Positions 22,175 to 39,491 of a stretch of 64,000 nucleotides of DNA are shown piece by piece. The notes under the pieces were generated by a model, which worked only from the letters and a program-made list of their open reading frames with translations, made no database searches and was not told the origin of the DNA. The DNA is taken from NCBI RefSeq assembly GCF_009914755.1, contig NC_060938.1, one strand, 5' to 3'. The DNA is from the human T2T-CHM13v2.0 reference genome, Homo sapiens. How positions within the stretch are numbered: position 1 is the first letter of the stretch; every line of letters begins with the position of its first letter. A program made the position numbers and the translations under genes.

Positions 22175-22797
22175 TAGTTTTTCTATTTTTAGTAGAGACG
22201 GAGTTTCACCATGTTGGCCAGGATGGTTTTGAATTCCTGACCTTGAGTGATCCGCCCTTGGCCTCCCAAAGTGCTGGGATTACAGGCATGAGCCATCGAG
22301 CCTGGCTAAAATTAAATTTAAATATGCCCACATTTTGAGAACCACTTAACTGGAGGTTCTTTTTCCTTGCATCTTTCTTCACAATGATGCAAAACAACAG
22401 CAGCTATCAATGAGTGCTTTATGTAGAAGATCAAGCACTTACACCTATGGTCTCATTTAACCTTCACGATAACTCTATAAAGCTTCTAACATTATTGTGT
22501 CCATTTCACTGATGCTTTGGTAACATCCCCAAGGTCATACAGTTAGTAAGTGGGCGATTAGGATTTAAACTCAGACAGCAGGATTTCAGAACCCAAGCTC
22601 TGGAAAAATAGATATTTGTGTTAATAATTGTCGATTTTAATAAAAGGAAATCACTGTCAAACAGTTCAACAGTTGCTCCTCAAGTAAATTTAACAGTCAA
22701 ACAAAGGTAGAATCACTATAATCTTAGCATCTATAGGAAGTTAAATCTGCTGTACTGTCTTAATGATCTGTTATATTCTTAGAATCCTGAAGTTTTA

Positions 22798-23146
<349 letters not shown>

Positions 23147-23886
23147 CTAAACAACTGAATTTCTACATTCTAAAACTTTGCATCCCATTTCAATAACTCA
23201 AGAACTGTACTTGAATGTCTATGTAACTTTCAGGCTTAGCTTTATTTTCCAGATATCTGACTAGTCTCTCAAATGTTGACTTTTAGTCCATGGTCTCATA
23301 ATAAAATGAAGCATTATAGAACCAGCTCAAGATACCATCCAGTTACAAAATACCAATCAACTCAAATCAGACCAGTCGGCAACCTCTTTGTTTAGGGTTA
23401 GTATATAAATTCTCTTAAGAAACCTGAAATGGTCTTCTTTATCCATCAAAAATAAAATCATGAACTATGATTCAGGGAAGATGAAACAGTAACTAGCAAA
23501 TCTATCCCACAATCTACAGATTCTTAACAACTCCTAGAAACTTTGGCAATTATTAGAGATATATAGCTTAAGCCTTCACTACTACAGAGCCAAGTAGTTG
23601 AATATTAAAGCACTTAAAGTATCCAAACATTTACTCTGTTCTTTTGTCATATAATCTTTTACATCAGTTTACTTTCTTTTAGAAATAATTTTTAGATATA
23701 AATTTGAGTTTTCTAAATACCATCTTGTATTTATATGACACTTTATTCTACTTATTCCTTCTCTATGTGCTTCTGCTAGCTACAATTCACTAAAAGAACT
23801 GATATGGGGCCGGGTGCGGTGGCTCACACCTGCAATCTAAGCCCTTTGGGTGGCCGAGGCCGGCGGATCACAAGGTCGGGAGATCA

Positions 23887-24060
<174 letters not shown>

Positions 24061-24295
24061 CTAGTGACAGAGCGAGACTCCGTCTCAAAAAAAAAAAGGA
24101 ACTGACACGGTATTCACGTGCCTGGCATACTAACATTTCTATTACATTAAAAAAGTCACCAAATTGGGCATTCCTTTTTGAAAATGCTCAGTTAAACCAC
24201 GTGTTGTTTCAACTACAGTTATGCAGGCTGTAGTTGTTTTACTGGTGTTTTCCAGTAGGTTATACTAATAGAGACTGATTTGACAACTTAATTAC

Positions 24296-24361
24296 CTTTG
24301 CATTTTTCCAGTTAGAAATACAAGGAGGAATCTTCCACTCTTGTTGTTCCTTTACAGTCAT
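24296..24361 (-). CDS. SNW1: SNW1 exon 8 (SNWKN signature)
   Basis: ctctcag|ATGACT...GCAAAG|gtaatt; MTVKEQQEWKIPPCISNWKNAK carries the SNW motif that names the family. Confidence 0.97.
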
Positions 24362-24653
24362 CTGAGAGAAGAGGGAAAGAAGAGACAAGTTTAGATTTAT
24401 AGTCTACAAAGTAAATCTAAGTATAATCTTTATCTTCAAAGACAGCTCCATATACACTGACATATGCACAGCCGTAGTAAAAGGCCAGCAGTCCATTTGT
24501 TTGCTAGCACTAGTTTACCATATAATTCTAGTAATAACTTTGAACTAGTGTGAAAAATGGAAAATAATCTAGAAATTATTCTTGACAGTTATAAATGTTG
24601 GCTAGTATTTTTCCATATTTAAAGTGATGTGACTTTTTTCTTTTTTTTATTGA

Positions 24654-24935
<282 letters not shown>

Positions 24936-25285
24936 TGACTTCTTTTGGATGAAAAATTGTTCTTTTGATTAACAAAACATATCTTAAAAAGTCAAATTAC
25001 CAGGGACCTAATGAACCCATATATTCACTTCCTATAACATCCTTAAACTGAAACAGCAGACCCTGTCCATTCCATTAAAAGTAGGGTTTGCATTACTAAT
25101 AACAAAACTTACAGCTAACATGTTATATACATTCTCATAAGCATTCTTGAAACTTCATCTTGAAAAATAAAAAAAGAAACTACAAGTCAGTGTGGTGACA
25201 TGCACCTGTATAGGCATAGGGAGGTTATCTATAAAATTAATAACCATGAGTAGAAAAAAATATTTTGGACTACAGCAAAGAATAC

Positions 25286-25355
25286 CTTTCGGCTAGGAGA
25301 ATGCATGACAGGCGCAGGAGGAGAAGGTGGTCCCCGGGGAATTTTCTTATTAATC
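25286..25355 (-). CDS. SNW1: SNW1 exon 7
   Basis: cttcag|GATTAAT...CGAAAG|gtattc; INKKIPRGPPSPPAPVMHSPSRK; 70 nt. Confidence 0.96.
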
Positions 25356-25601
25356 CTGAAGTATAAAAACACAACCAGAGAGTGATATAGTTTCCTCCCT
25401 TTTAGTCATCATATCAAGTCTCTCCTCCTTTTTCTTGCATAAAAGTTTCAAACATAGACAAAAACAGAGACTGTATAATGATATACATTTACCACTCCAC
25501 TTTGACAATGAATAAAACATGGCCAACTTTGAAACTGTTACTCACCCCACCTCCACAACATTATTGTCATTTTGCAGAGTAATATACTTTTTTCCACTTT
25601 A

Positions 25602-26320
<719 letters not shown>

Positions 26321-26326
26321 ACTTAC

Positions 26327-26431
26327 TTGAACCTTGGAGGCTCCATTGGATCTTTCTGCATTTCTACCATCCGAATAACCCTCTGTTTAGCTCCAGAGTT
26401 GAATGCCACTCCTTGCTGAGATGGTGTGTAT
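26327..26431 (-). CDS. SNW1: SNW1 exon 6
   Basis: tcttcag|ATACACA...TTCAA|gtaagt; YTPSQQGVAFNSGAKQRVIRMVEMQKDPMEPPRF; 105 nt. Confidence 0.96.
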
Positions 26432-27063
26432 CTGAAGAAAGCAGATAAAAACTAAAGGTGTAATTAGTTCAAGCTTTCAGTAGGTATTTTCCTTCTATTA
26501 CAATCTTAAGCTAGACTACATTTTCAATTCCTTTCGCAAAGTATTAACAGAAAATTAACAAAATATTTAGACAAAGCAGACAGCAAGAGGGATAAAAGAA
26601 CATAAATTATGAGTTACAGTCAAAATATAAACTTGAGTGGTATTAGTTTGCAAATAACCCATCCTCATATGTTTTCCAACATGGAAGGTGCCGTGTTCAG
26701 TTTCACAGATAAGCAGTCTAGAAAACAGTACCTATTTAGTATGCCTGCATCTGAGGAAAAAACACTCATAATAATCCCAGCAGGCAACTTACGGTTAGCA
26801 GTTTTTGATTAATCATAGGTTATAAAACAGAGAAAAGAATAATGACAGCAGCCCTACCAGCTCTGAATTTTTCCTCAATATCTGTATGTGATTCAATTCT
26901 CTATGCAGATTTAGTCAAGTAAAACGCCTCAAAATTTAGAAGTATTATAAAGATATCTATTACTTATAAATGGAAAACTATAAATAATAATTGTGATTTA
27001 GGTCATATACCACAAGTAACTGTTAATTTCTAAAAACAAAAAATATAATTTGAAAATAGCATA

Positions 27064-27955
<892 letters not shown>

Positions 27956-28135
27956 AGTGGACACCTTAAAAAATTCTGCTTTCAATTGTCTGCAAAGACA
28001 GTAGACAGGCTTTGAGTCATTATTGAAAACAATGCATTTATAATGGTTGCTAAGTGGGTTAGTGAAAGAATACCATGACCCCCCAAGCTGAATCAAGTTC
28101 AGAATGAAACTAAGTCTTCTAGGCATGATTCATAC

Positions 28136-28242
28136 CGGATATACTGAGCAGGAGCCAATTTGTCAGCTGCTCGAACTGGCATGGCTGCGGCGACCTTCTG
28201 TGATACAGATTTTTCTAAGGCTACTCTTGTCTTTTCTGTTAT
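28136..28242 (-). CDS. SNW1: SNW1 exon 5
   Basis: atttcag|ATAACA...ATCCG|gtatga; ITEKTRVALEKSVSQKVAAAMPVRAADKLAPAQYI; 107 nt. Confidence 0.96.
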
Positions 28243-28323
28243 CTGAAATAGGAAATATCACATTGAGAGTTTGGAAGTTAATCAGGATGTAAATAGTCAT
28301 CGAATATATCAATTCCCAGTTAC

Positions 28324-28419
28324 CTCTTTAATAGCTTCTTCATCGGGCCTTTGCAGGTCTGGATCATCTGCATTCATAACCTCCTTTGGAACCAGGTCAG
28401 TGTATTTGCTATAAATGAC
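28324..28419 (-). CDS. SNW1: SNW1 exon 4
   Basis: ttttag|GTCATT...AAAGAG|gtaact; VIYSKYTDLVPKEVMNADDPDLQRPDEEAIKE; 96 nt. Confidence 0.96.
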
Positions 28420-30123
28420 CTAAAATGTTCAAACACAAGCAGGCTTAAGAAAAGCAAACAACGAAAAGAAACCTCATTAGCCATTTCAGATGTCAACATG
28501 CCCTCTCAGCACACTTAAAAATTTAGGACACTCAGATTTTCTCTTTTAGATTTTAAAACCAAGGAAGCTTAAAATATATAAACAAATTGCTACCCTGGCT
28601 GTAAGTTAGTAATTTTCCCTTGACCTCATGCATTTAAATTGTTTGAGATCTTCTAATCAAGTTAGTATCCAAATAAACCATGCCAACAAAATCATGCATT
28701 GATGATCACTATTTTTGAGGCCCACTAAAACTTGAAATTAATGATAATACAAATTGCCTATAGCACCATTAACCTGGATTACAAACTCATCAGAATTTAA
28801 GTCAGGTTACCAAATAATTTCCAAATTCACTGGGCCTGAAAAATTTTATTGACCTCATCCTATTTATAATGCTTCTCTTTTCTGCCATCAACTCTATTCA
28901 CAGACTAAGAAAATAAACATGTGCCACAGTTAAAAAACCCAGAATGCTTTCTTCCATGAGAAGACAAAAGAAAAAAAAAAAGAAAAAGAAAAATATATTC
29001 TATATATACAACTTATTTTATATCCATTATCCAAATTGAGGCCTGTTATATGACTTCTACTATGCCCAACATGGTTTCTATTAGGCTGACACTGATGTGG
29101 TAGGCTCTTAACAAATAGAATACTGGTTACTTTCAGGTCCATCTATACTTCTTAAATATTTTAATAACAATTTACATGGCATATTTTAAAGTAAAAAAGA
29201 GATACAGAGGGGCCGGGCGCGGTGGCTCACGCCTGTAATCCCAGCACTTTGGGAGGCTGAGGTGGCTGGATCATGTGGTCAGGAGATCGAAACCATACTA
29301 GCTAACATGGTGAAACCCCGTCTCTACTAAAAATACAAAAAATTAGCCAGTTGTGGTGGCAGGCGCCTGTAGTCCCAGCTACTCGGGAGGCTGAGGCAGG
29401 AGAATGGCTTTAACCCGGGAGGAAGAGCTTGCAGTAAGCCAAGATTGCGTCACTGCACTCCAGCCTGGGTGACAGAGCAAGACACTGTATATTAAAAAAA
29501 AAAAAAAAAAAAAAAAAGAGATACAGAAAATTCAATAAATAATAGGCATTCTACCTTTAATGCTTTAGTCAGAAATTCTTTGAGGTACATAAAAAGAAAG
29601 GACAACTTATAAATATCAAAGAAAATCAAATTCCTAGGCACTTGAGATCTCCAGAATTTTTTTTTGTAGAACTGTTTACCACTACAAGCCAAAGTCTTAT
29701 ATTAATAAGTCTATCATACATCATTCATTAAAAAAGTTTAAAGGAAATGCATGCTATTTCTAATTTTCTACTCCAAACAGAGCAAAAAAGTGTGAGCCAC
29801 TTTATGGCTTATGCAACTTGACCTGACTTTGCCTATGCCTTCAATCTCCCCTTACAACTCTCACTCTCTCACTCATTATGCTTCAGTCACACTAGCTCAT
29901 CTTCTGTTTCTTGAACATAACATACTTTTCCCCAATTCTAGGCCTTTACAGAGTTCTGTTTATCATTCTTCAAGTAAGCTCTCAATCTGTGTGTCTCAGA
30001 TCAAAGGTCCTCCATTATCGAGGCTTCTTCTGATTGCCTTAGTAGTAACCCCTCCCCACCCAATCATTTGCTCCATAGCACTGTTTACTGTGATCAAGAC
30101 TGTTCACAGCATGAAATTATCTA

Positions 30124-30486
<363 letters not shown>

Positions 30487-31624
30487 TTATAATAATGACT
30501 GGAGATATTTGATCAATATTTTTTGTACAAATGAATAAATAAATGAATTTTAGAGATATTCTGTTACATGCTAAAGGTGTTTATAGGCCATGAACAGTGA
30601 CTCACGCCTGTAATCACAGCATTTTGGAAGGCCAAGGTTGGAGGATAGCTTGAGCCCAGGAATTCGAGACCAGCCAGGGCAACATGGCAAGACCTATCTC
30701 TATTTTAAAGAATGGATGGATGAATGAATAAATAAATAAGTTTATATTTTAGGCCGTACAGAACTTTCTATAAGCTACTGATTTCCCAGAAAAAACTATC
30801 TCATGGCTATACACTAAAATCTCCAGCTTGTTTTTCTCAGGAGTGAGAAGAGGGATCAGGTAAGAAAGCCTAAGATGATTTAGCACAAAACACGTACTAC
30901 TGATATGTGAGTTATTAGTGTCACCATACTCTAAGAGTGTTGATTTTGGAAGGGACCATAAAGCTCACTCTACTGAAAAGAGTGAGGTTCAGTACATTAA
31001 GATCATACAGCTACTATCTGACCTCAAAAGTCTTATTTCCTCTCAGCATGGAAAAACCTATACAACCCTAAGCTGAAAATTATATAACAACACAAGAAAA
31101 AAATACCAATTCTATGAAGAGTTAATCATGAAGAGTTTATCACTTCTCCATAGCAACGGTTATAAGGAAAGGATTCTAAGTAAATGGCTCCCTGGTAGTC
31201 ATGTATGTTCAACATAAAGTGTCAATACTAATTTAGCATACAAGAGTCATTTGCTGCTCCTTATTTGGGCATTCCAAAGTTAATAACCCTTCAAATGAGC
31301 ATCAATAAGATTCTAGTATCTCACAAGGCTGAGTGAAGGACATCTGAAGAGCAAGATTCCTCCATAGTAATTAATTATAAAACCCCCCATTTTTTTTTTT
31401 TTGAGACGAAGTCTTGCTCTTGTTGCCCAAGCTGGAGTGCAATGGCGTGATCTCAGCTCATAGCAACCTCCGCCTCCCGGGTTAAAACCATTCTCCTGCC
31501 TCAGCCTCCCTCCCAAGTTGCTGGGATTACAGGCGCATGACACCACGTCCAGCTAATTTTTGTATTTTTATTAGAGATGGGGTTTCACCATGTTGGCCAG
31601 GCTGGTCTCGATCTCCTGACCTCA

Positions 31625-31717
<93 letters not shown>

Positions 31718-32468
31718 TTAAATGTGCTGAGGAAACTGAGTACCAGGAGGCAAATGGGCTGGGGAGTGTTTTCTGAAAAATACAATATACTCTTGAAAGT
31801 ATCAGAAGCACAAATAAGCTTTGTCAACAAGATAAAGTAGTAACTCATCTGTGAAACAGATATTTTATTACAGAAAACTGGCAAAGAACTAGACTGACTA
31901 AAAGGATAAGCCTGTCAAAACATTCACTATGTGAGGTAGAAAGAAAACGCTAATCTAGCTTAGCTAGTGTGTGAAATCATACAAACAAGATAACATATAA
32001 TTTATCATGGGGTCAGTTTAAAGTTGTTACGGTTTTTTAGGGGTAATACGTTGAAGGCATTCTTTTGGGTATAGTATGTGTGTAACATTTCGTTTCTTTA
32101 AGAGATAGGGTTTCATTATATTGCCCAGGCTAGTCTCAAACTCCTGGCCTCAAATGATCCTCCCACCTCAACCTTCCCAAAGTGCTGGGATTACAGGCAT
32201 GAGCCAATGCACTTGGCCTGTATGTAGTATTTCTTACATAACTATTTCAGAGGGAAAAATACATACACCAAGCCCTTTATTTCAAGATTTATCACTTGGC
32301 TGGGTGTGGTGGCTCATGCCTGTAATCCCAGCACTTTAGGAGGCCGAGGTGGGTGGATCACCTGAGGTTGGGAGTTGGAGACTAGCCTGACCAACACGGA
32401 GAAACACTGTCTCTACCAAAAATACAAAATTAGTCAGGCGTGGTGGCACATGCCTGTAATCCCAGCTA

Positions 32469-32684
<216 letters not shown>

Positions 32685-33380
32685 CTAATAAGTCGTATAC
32701 ACAGTACTTACTTCACATGTAGAGAATTGCCTTAGACTTGTCCTAGAATATTACGTCTTAGAATCCTCACTGATTCTTCTCACCTCTTATACCTAACACC
32801 TAGTATTTTCCATTCTTACTCATTCACTATTAATATTTCAGTGAGAACTCCCTCGTTTCTGAAGAATACCAGACCTCTCGGAAGCAAATCAGAAATCTTA
32901 GTCCAAATTCATAAATCCAATAACCTGTTCAGTCTCTGGAATAACAAATTTTTTAAATCCTATTTTATATATTATGCAGTCCATTTCTATTTCTTCTAAA
33001 ACAGGAAAATCAGTGATTGTCAAACAGGGCATCACTGCCACCTCTAACTCCTCTCTCCCAGTGCCTTTGTAAATGTGTGAGGTGTTTCTAGTTAAGACAA
33101 TGGGGGTAGGATGGGGACGCTACTGGGATTTATAGGTAGTGCCACTTATGCTAAACATTGTACAATGCTGAAGATGGTCCTAAACAATCAAAGTGCTCCC
33201 CCAGTGCCAATGGCACATAATAGTTACTTGATTAATGTTGAATTACTCAATGCATTCCAAACTTCATGCATGAATCTATCCACTTCTAGAAAACAAACAA
33301 ACAAAAAGATATAAACCTGAGAGTGGTCCCAGTTTGGGGTTTGTTTCTAGTGGCTGCATTACAGACAAAAGCAACGATCT

Positions 33381-33857
<477 letters not shown>

Positions 33858-36241
33858 AAGGAACAATGCTTTGGAGACCTTATTTGGCCAAGATACTAAA
33901 CTCCAAAAATAGATAGTTCAGTCTGAACAGTTCTACTCTATTTTGAATACAAAATAATCACCAATATAGACAGTGATTTAAACATCATTCCCTAGGAATC
34001 AGATAAAACTCCTGCTTTCCAGTCTTGAAATATAATGCAAAACGGACCAAAGCTGTATTTCATTCAAAATAACACAACCTGCCAATGCCAAATTGTTGCC
34101 CTTAGATGTTGTTTTTTCCTACCAAATGGGACTGGAGAGGTAGCACATACCAATAAAGAAGAGTGATTACCCCCAAGGAGAAATGCACCAAAACAAAGGC
34201 AACTGAAGTCAAGTGAAGGCCTCCATGGTATAGGGTAAATTTCCAGTATATGTTCTCCATGTATAGGGGCCTAATTTTCCTTTTGCAGGAGTGGACTATA
34301 CTTCCTCACTGGCTTCAGAAGTGGTTTTGTGTTATACAATGGAAACCACTATTATTTGCTGAACAAACACTGGTGGACGCCTTATGTGTCAAACTTTCAG
34401 GCAGTAAGTAAGGCACCAAAGACGGAAATATAAATATATAATCCCTGCCCTTAAAAACATTATAGTCAAATGATACAGATTATGAGTGAACAGATAATTA
34501 CAACAAAAGGTGAAGACTGCTATGATAAACATTGAGAGTAGAGAAGAGGGACACTCAGTCTAGCCAGGGAAGGTCCAGGACAACACCCTGGAATAGTGAA
34601 GAGTGAGCTGAGAATGGAAAGCAATAGAATTAAGTCAGAGAATGAATAAGGGTAGAACTTTCTAGGAAAAAGAATATCCATGGGAAGTCTCAAGAGAGAA
34701 TGTGTCATATTATGGGAACTACAAGTAGTTCCTCATGGCAAATATTTATAGGGAATGCTTGAATGTTTTTTCTTCTTGGCTGGGCACGGTGTCTCATGCC
34801 TGTAATCCCAGCACTTTGGGAGGCCAAGGCAGGTGGACTGCTTGAGGTCAGGAGTTCAAGACCAGCCTAACCAACAAGGTGAAACCCATCTCTACTAAAA
34901 AGACAAAAACGAGCTGGGCCTGGTGGCGGGCGCCTGTAATCCCAGCTACTCAGAAGGCTGAGGCAGGAGAACTGCTTGAACTGGGAAGGCTGAGGTCGCA
35001 GTGAGCTGAGATTGCCCTACTGCACTCCAGCCTGGGGGACAAAGCAAGATTTGGTCTCAGAAAAAAAGTTTTTTTCTTCTTAACAACCACCTTGGCTAGG
35101 TGCAGTGGCACACAACTGTAATTCCAACACTCTGGGAGGCCAAAGCAGGCAGATCACTTGAGCTCAGGAGTTTGAGACCAGCCTGGGCAACAAGGTGAAA
35201 CCCTGTCACTACAAAAAATACAAAAATTAGCCGGGCATGGTGGTGTGCACCTGTAGTCCCAACTCCTTAGAAAGCTGGGGTGAAAGGATCACTTGAGCTC
35301 AGGAGTTCAAGGCTGCAGCGAGTCGTTATTGTGCCACTGCACTCCAGCCTGGGTGACAGAGCAAGACTGTCTCGAAAACAAACAACAACACATATAATAG
35401 TATTTATTTTATAGTGAAAACAAACAGAATGGCTAAAACTGAACTATTTATTTTTGGATTTCAGTATTCCCATCAGGAGAGTTGAAGCTAGCCAAGAAAA
35501 GTGAGTAAGGGGTCAAGCATGCCATAGCAGCTTAGTCCTTACCCTAAAGACCATGGAAGCCATAGAAAGATTTTAATTGTGCACACTTGCGTGTATGTGT
35601 ATATACATGATGAGAAAGACAAACAGACATGGATGAATTTGTTTGTTCATGCCAGCAAGACAAATGTCAATGAGATGGTTGCAGGCTTGGCTGCAGTAAA
35701 TCAAGCAAGAAATGAAAACAGCCTGAACTAAGTAGCAGAGAGGGGAATATACTTGAGAAGTGTTAAGGAAATAAGATCGTTCACAGAGAATAAATAGATG
35801 GAAGGTCTGAGGGAAACAAGAACTAGAATAATTGCTGAGCAGAGAGAACATATGGGCAGTATGTGTCACATGTGAAATCTAAATAGCCTTTGAGCCAGTA
35901 AGTCCACACCTAAGAATTTAAACAAATAATCATGTTCAACAAGATGTTTGTATGTGGATCTTGAATACATTTGTTTGTAAAACTAAAAACCACCAATGCT
36001 TAAAAAAACTAGCAGATAACCATGCCACGGAATCCTATATAGATTAATAAAAAAAAATGAAGTAGACTTATATGTACTAACAAAAATTGTCAAATGTGTT
36101 AAGTAAAAAAAAAAGCAAGTCAAAGGAAGTTATGGGCATCAAAATTCCATTCATGTAAACAACAGTTTCTAAGTTTGTATGTATACATAAAATGAGGATA
36201 TACATAAATATCTAAATCCATAATAAAAATTTGGAATTATA

Positions 36242-37803
36242 GCTCCCCCTCCCCCTCCCCCCTTCTGTGCACGGTCTCCCTCTCCCTCTCCCTCTCCACG
36301 GTCTCCCTCTGATGCTGAGCCGAGGCTGGACTGTGCTGCCACCATCTCGGCTCACTGCAACCTCCCTGCCTGATTCTCCTGCCTCAGCCTGCCGAGTGCC
36401 TGGGATTGCAGGTGCGCGCCGCCACGCCTGACTGGTTTTCGTATTTTTTTGGTGGAGATGGGGTTTTGCTGTGTTGGCCGGGCTGGTCTCCAGCTCCTAA
36501 CCGTGAGTGATCTGCCAGCCTCGGCCTCCCAAGGTGCCGGGATTGCAGACGGAGTCTCACTCACTCAGTGCTCAATGTTGCCCAGGCTGGAGTGCAGTGG
36601 CGTGATCTCGGCTCGCTACAACCTCCACCTCCCAGCCGCCTGCCTTGGCCTCCCAAAGTGCCGAGATTGCAGCCTCTGCCCGGCCGCCACCCTGTCTGGG
36701 AAGTGAGGAGCGTCTCTGCCAGGCCGCCCATCGTCTGGGATGTGAGGAGCCCCTCTGCCCGGCCGCCCAGTCTGGGAAGTGAGGAGCACCTCTTCCCGGC
36801 CGCCATCCCGTCTAGGAAGTGAGGAGCGTCTCTGCCCGGCCGCCCATCGTCTGAGATGTGGTGAGCGCCTCTGCCCCGCCGCCCGGTCTGGGATGTGAGG
36901 AGCACCTCTGCCCAGCCGGGACCCTGTCTGGGAGGTGAGGAGCGTCTCTGCCTGGCCACCCCGTCTGAGAAGGGAAGAGCCCCTCCGCCCGGCAGCCGTC
37001 CCGTCTGGGAAGTGAGGAGCAACTCCGCCCGGCAGCCGCCCCGTCCAGGAGGGAGGTGCGGGGCAGCCCCCGCCCCGGCAGCCGCCCCGTCCGGGAGGGA
37101 GGTGGGGGCCAGCCCCTGCCTGGCCAGCCGCCCTGTCCGGGAGGTGGGGGGCGCCTCTGCCTGGCCGCCGCCCCATCCGGGAGGTGGGGGGCGCCTCTGC
37201 CCGGCCGCCCCGTCTGGGAGGTGAGGAGCCCCTCTGCCCAGAGGCCACCCCGTCTGGGAGGTGTACCCAACAGCTCATTGAGAACAGGCCATGATGACGA
37301 TGGCGGTTTTGTCGAATGGAGAGGGGGGAAATGTGGGGAAAAGATAGATAAATCAGATTGTTGCTGTGTCTGTGTAGAGGGAAGTAGACGTAGGAGACTC
37401 CATTTTGTTCTGTACTAAGAAAAATTCTTCTGCCTTTGGATGCTGTTAATCATAACCTTACCCCTAACCCCATGCTCTCTGAAACATGTGCTGTGTCCAC
37501 TCAGGGTTAAATGGATTAAGGGCGGTGCAAGATGTGCTTTGTTAAACAGATGCTTGAAGGCAGCATGCTTGTTAAGAGTCATCACCACTCCCTAATCTCA
37601 AGTACCCAGGGACACAAACACTGCGGAAGGCCGCAGGGTCCTCTGCCTAGGAAAACCAGAGACCCTTGTTCACTTGTTTATCTGCTGACCTTCCCTCCAC
37701 TATTGTCCTATGACCCTGCCAAATCCCCCTCTCCGAGAAACACCCAAGAATGATCAATAAATACTAAAATAAATAAATAAATAAATAAAATATTTTAGGA
37801 AAA
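36242..37803 (+). mobile_element. SVA retrotransposon, near full length, antisense in SNW1 intron 3 (older SVA_B/C-like)
   Basis: Short CCCTCT-type hexamers, antisense Alu-like region, GC-rich VNTR (about 36680-37260), SINE-R, AATAAA and A-rich tail. 17-bp TSD AAAAATTTGGAATTATA at 36225-36241 and 37804-37820. Subfamily call is tentative. Confidence 0.95.
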
Positions 37804-39263
37804 AAAAATTTGGAATTATATATATCACTGTAGTAACAGCAGTTACCTCTGGGAAGTAAAGTAGGAGAAAAGCGGGCAGGACTGTATATACTTGTGATAT
37901 ATACTTATGGTATCTTTTACTATAATATATTATTTGTATAACTTTTTTTTTTATTTGAGACAGAGTCTTGCTCTGTCGCCCAGGCTGGAGTGCGGTGGTG
38001 CCGTCTTTAGCTCACTGCAAGCTCTGCCTCCCAGGTTCACGCCATTCTCCTGCCTCAGCCTCCCGAGTAGCTGGGACTACAGGTACCCGCCACCATGCCC
38101 AGCTAATTTTTTGTGTTTTTAGTAGAGACGGGGTTTCACTGTGTTAGCCAGGATGTTCTCAATCTCCTGACCTCGTGATCCACCCACCTCAGTCTCCCAA
38201 AGTGCTGGGATTACAGGTGTGAGCCACCACACCCAGCCTATTTGTATAATTGTTTTTAAAAAAATCAATATAATAGTAAGAAAAAATGACTCCCAGGCTT
38301 TCAGCATAAACAATTAGGAAAATATCACTACCACTTACTGAGTTACAGAAATAGCAGGTAGATTAAGTGGAAAATTATGTATTTAGGTTTGGATTTGATT
38401 AAGTAGCACTTTAGGGAAATCTAGATACACTTGCCCTTGTAGACAGTAAGATATAAGGACCTACAGCCCAGCAGAGAATACTGGGCTGGAAACACAGATT
38501 GAACAGTCATCAGCATATGAGTGGCAAATAAATTACATTAGTTAAAGAGAATGTGCTGTGTTTTTTGGTTAAAGTCACAGAATGATTAAAAGAAAAAAAT
38601 ATATAAAGAGAATATGCTGTAAAAAAATGTGTTAAGAGACTTTTGCCAGAGAGCACCTCATCAAACTGGTTTAGGTGAGGTCATTTTGTAGTGAATTGAA
38701 GAGTGAAAGGAAAGTGAAGAAACAGGGCAAAAACAACTCCTGAAACAAGCCTGAAAAAAGTGAAGAAAATTAGGTGGTAGCTAGACAGAACACTGCGAGT
38801 AGGTACTCAGGGAAAAGCCTATCTTTCAAAAGATAAGAAAGGCCAGGCAGCCTCATGCCTGTAATCCCAGCACTTTGGGAGGCCGAGGCGGGCAGATCAC
38901 GAGGTCAGGAGATCAAGACCATCCTGGCTAACATGGTGAAACCCCATCTCTACTAAAAATACAAAAAAATTCACCGGGCATGGTGGCAGGCGCCTGTAGT
39001 CCCAGCTACTCGGGGGGCTGACGTACGATGATCGCCTGAGCCCAAGAGTTCAAGGTTGCAATGAATTATGAGGGTGCCAGGGCACTACAATCTAAAAAAG
39101 AATAAACAAACAAATGACAAGAAAAACAAGCACATTCAAATGCTAACAGGAAAGAGCCGTTAGAAGAGGAGGGATGAATAACTGTTGAGAAGATTAACTA
39201 GTAGGTAAGGTTCATAGAGGAAGAGGGAAGGGATTGGGATCCAGAATACATATGGCAAGATCA

Positions 39264-39491
<228 letters not shown>

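Noticed and set aside
26785-26850. Cryptic SNW1 exon ending at CC|GTAAGT (26793/26792)
   Set aside because: The upstream pyrimidine tract ends in TTATAAC rather than AG, so there is no credible acceptor.
28243-28323. 81-nt SNW1 intron 4 as an in-frame retained intron
   Set aside because: It reads GTA ACT GGG AAT TGA, a stop at codon 5, so retention would give an NMD target rather than an extended protein.
36352-37753. Long overlapping Arg/Gly/Pro-rich ORFs up to 220 aa
   Set aside because: They result from the stop-poor GC-rich SVA VNTR and Alu-like region.
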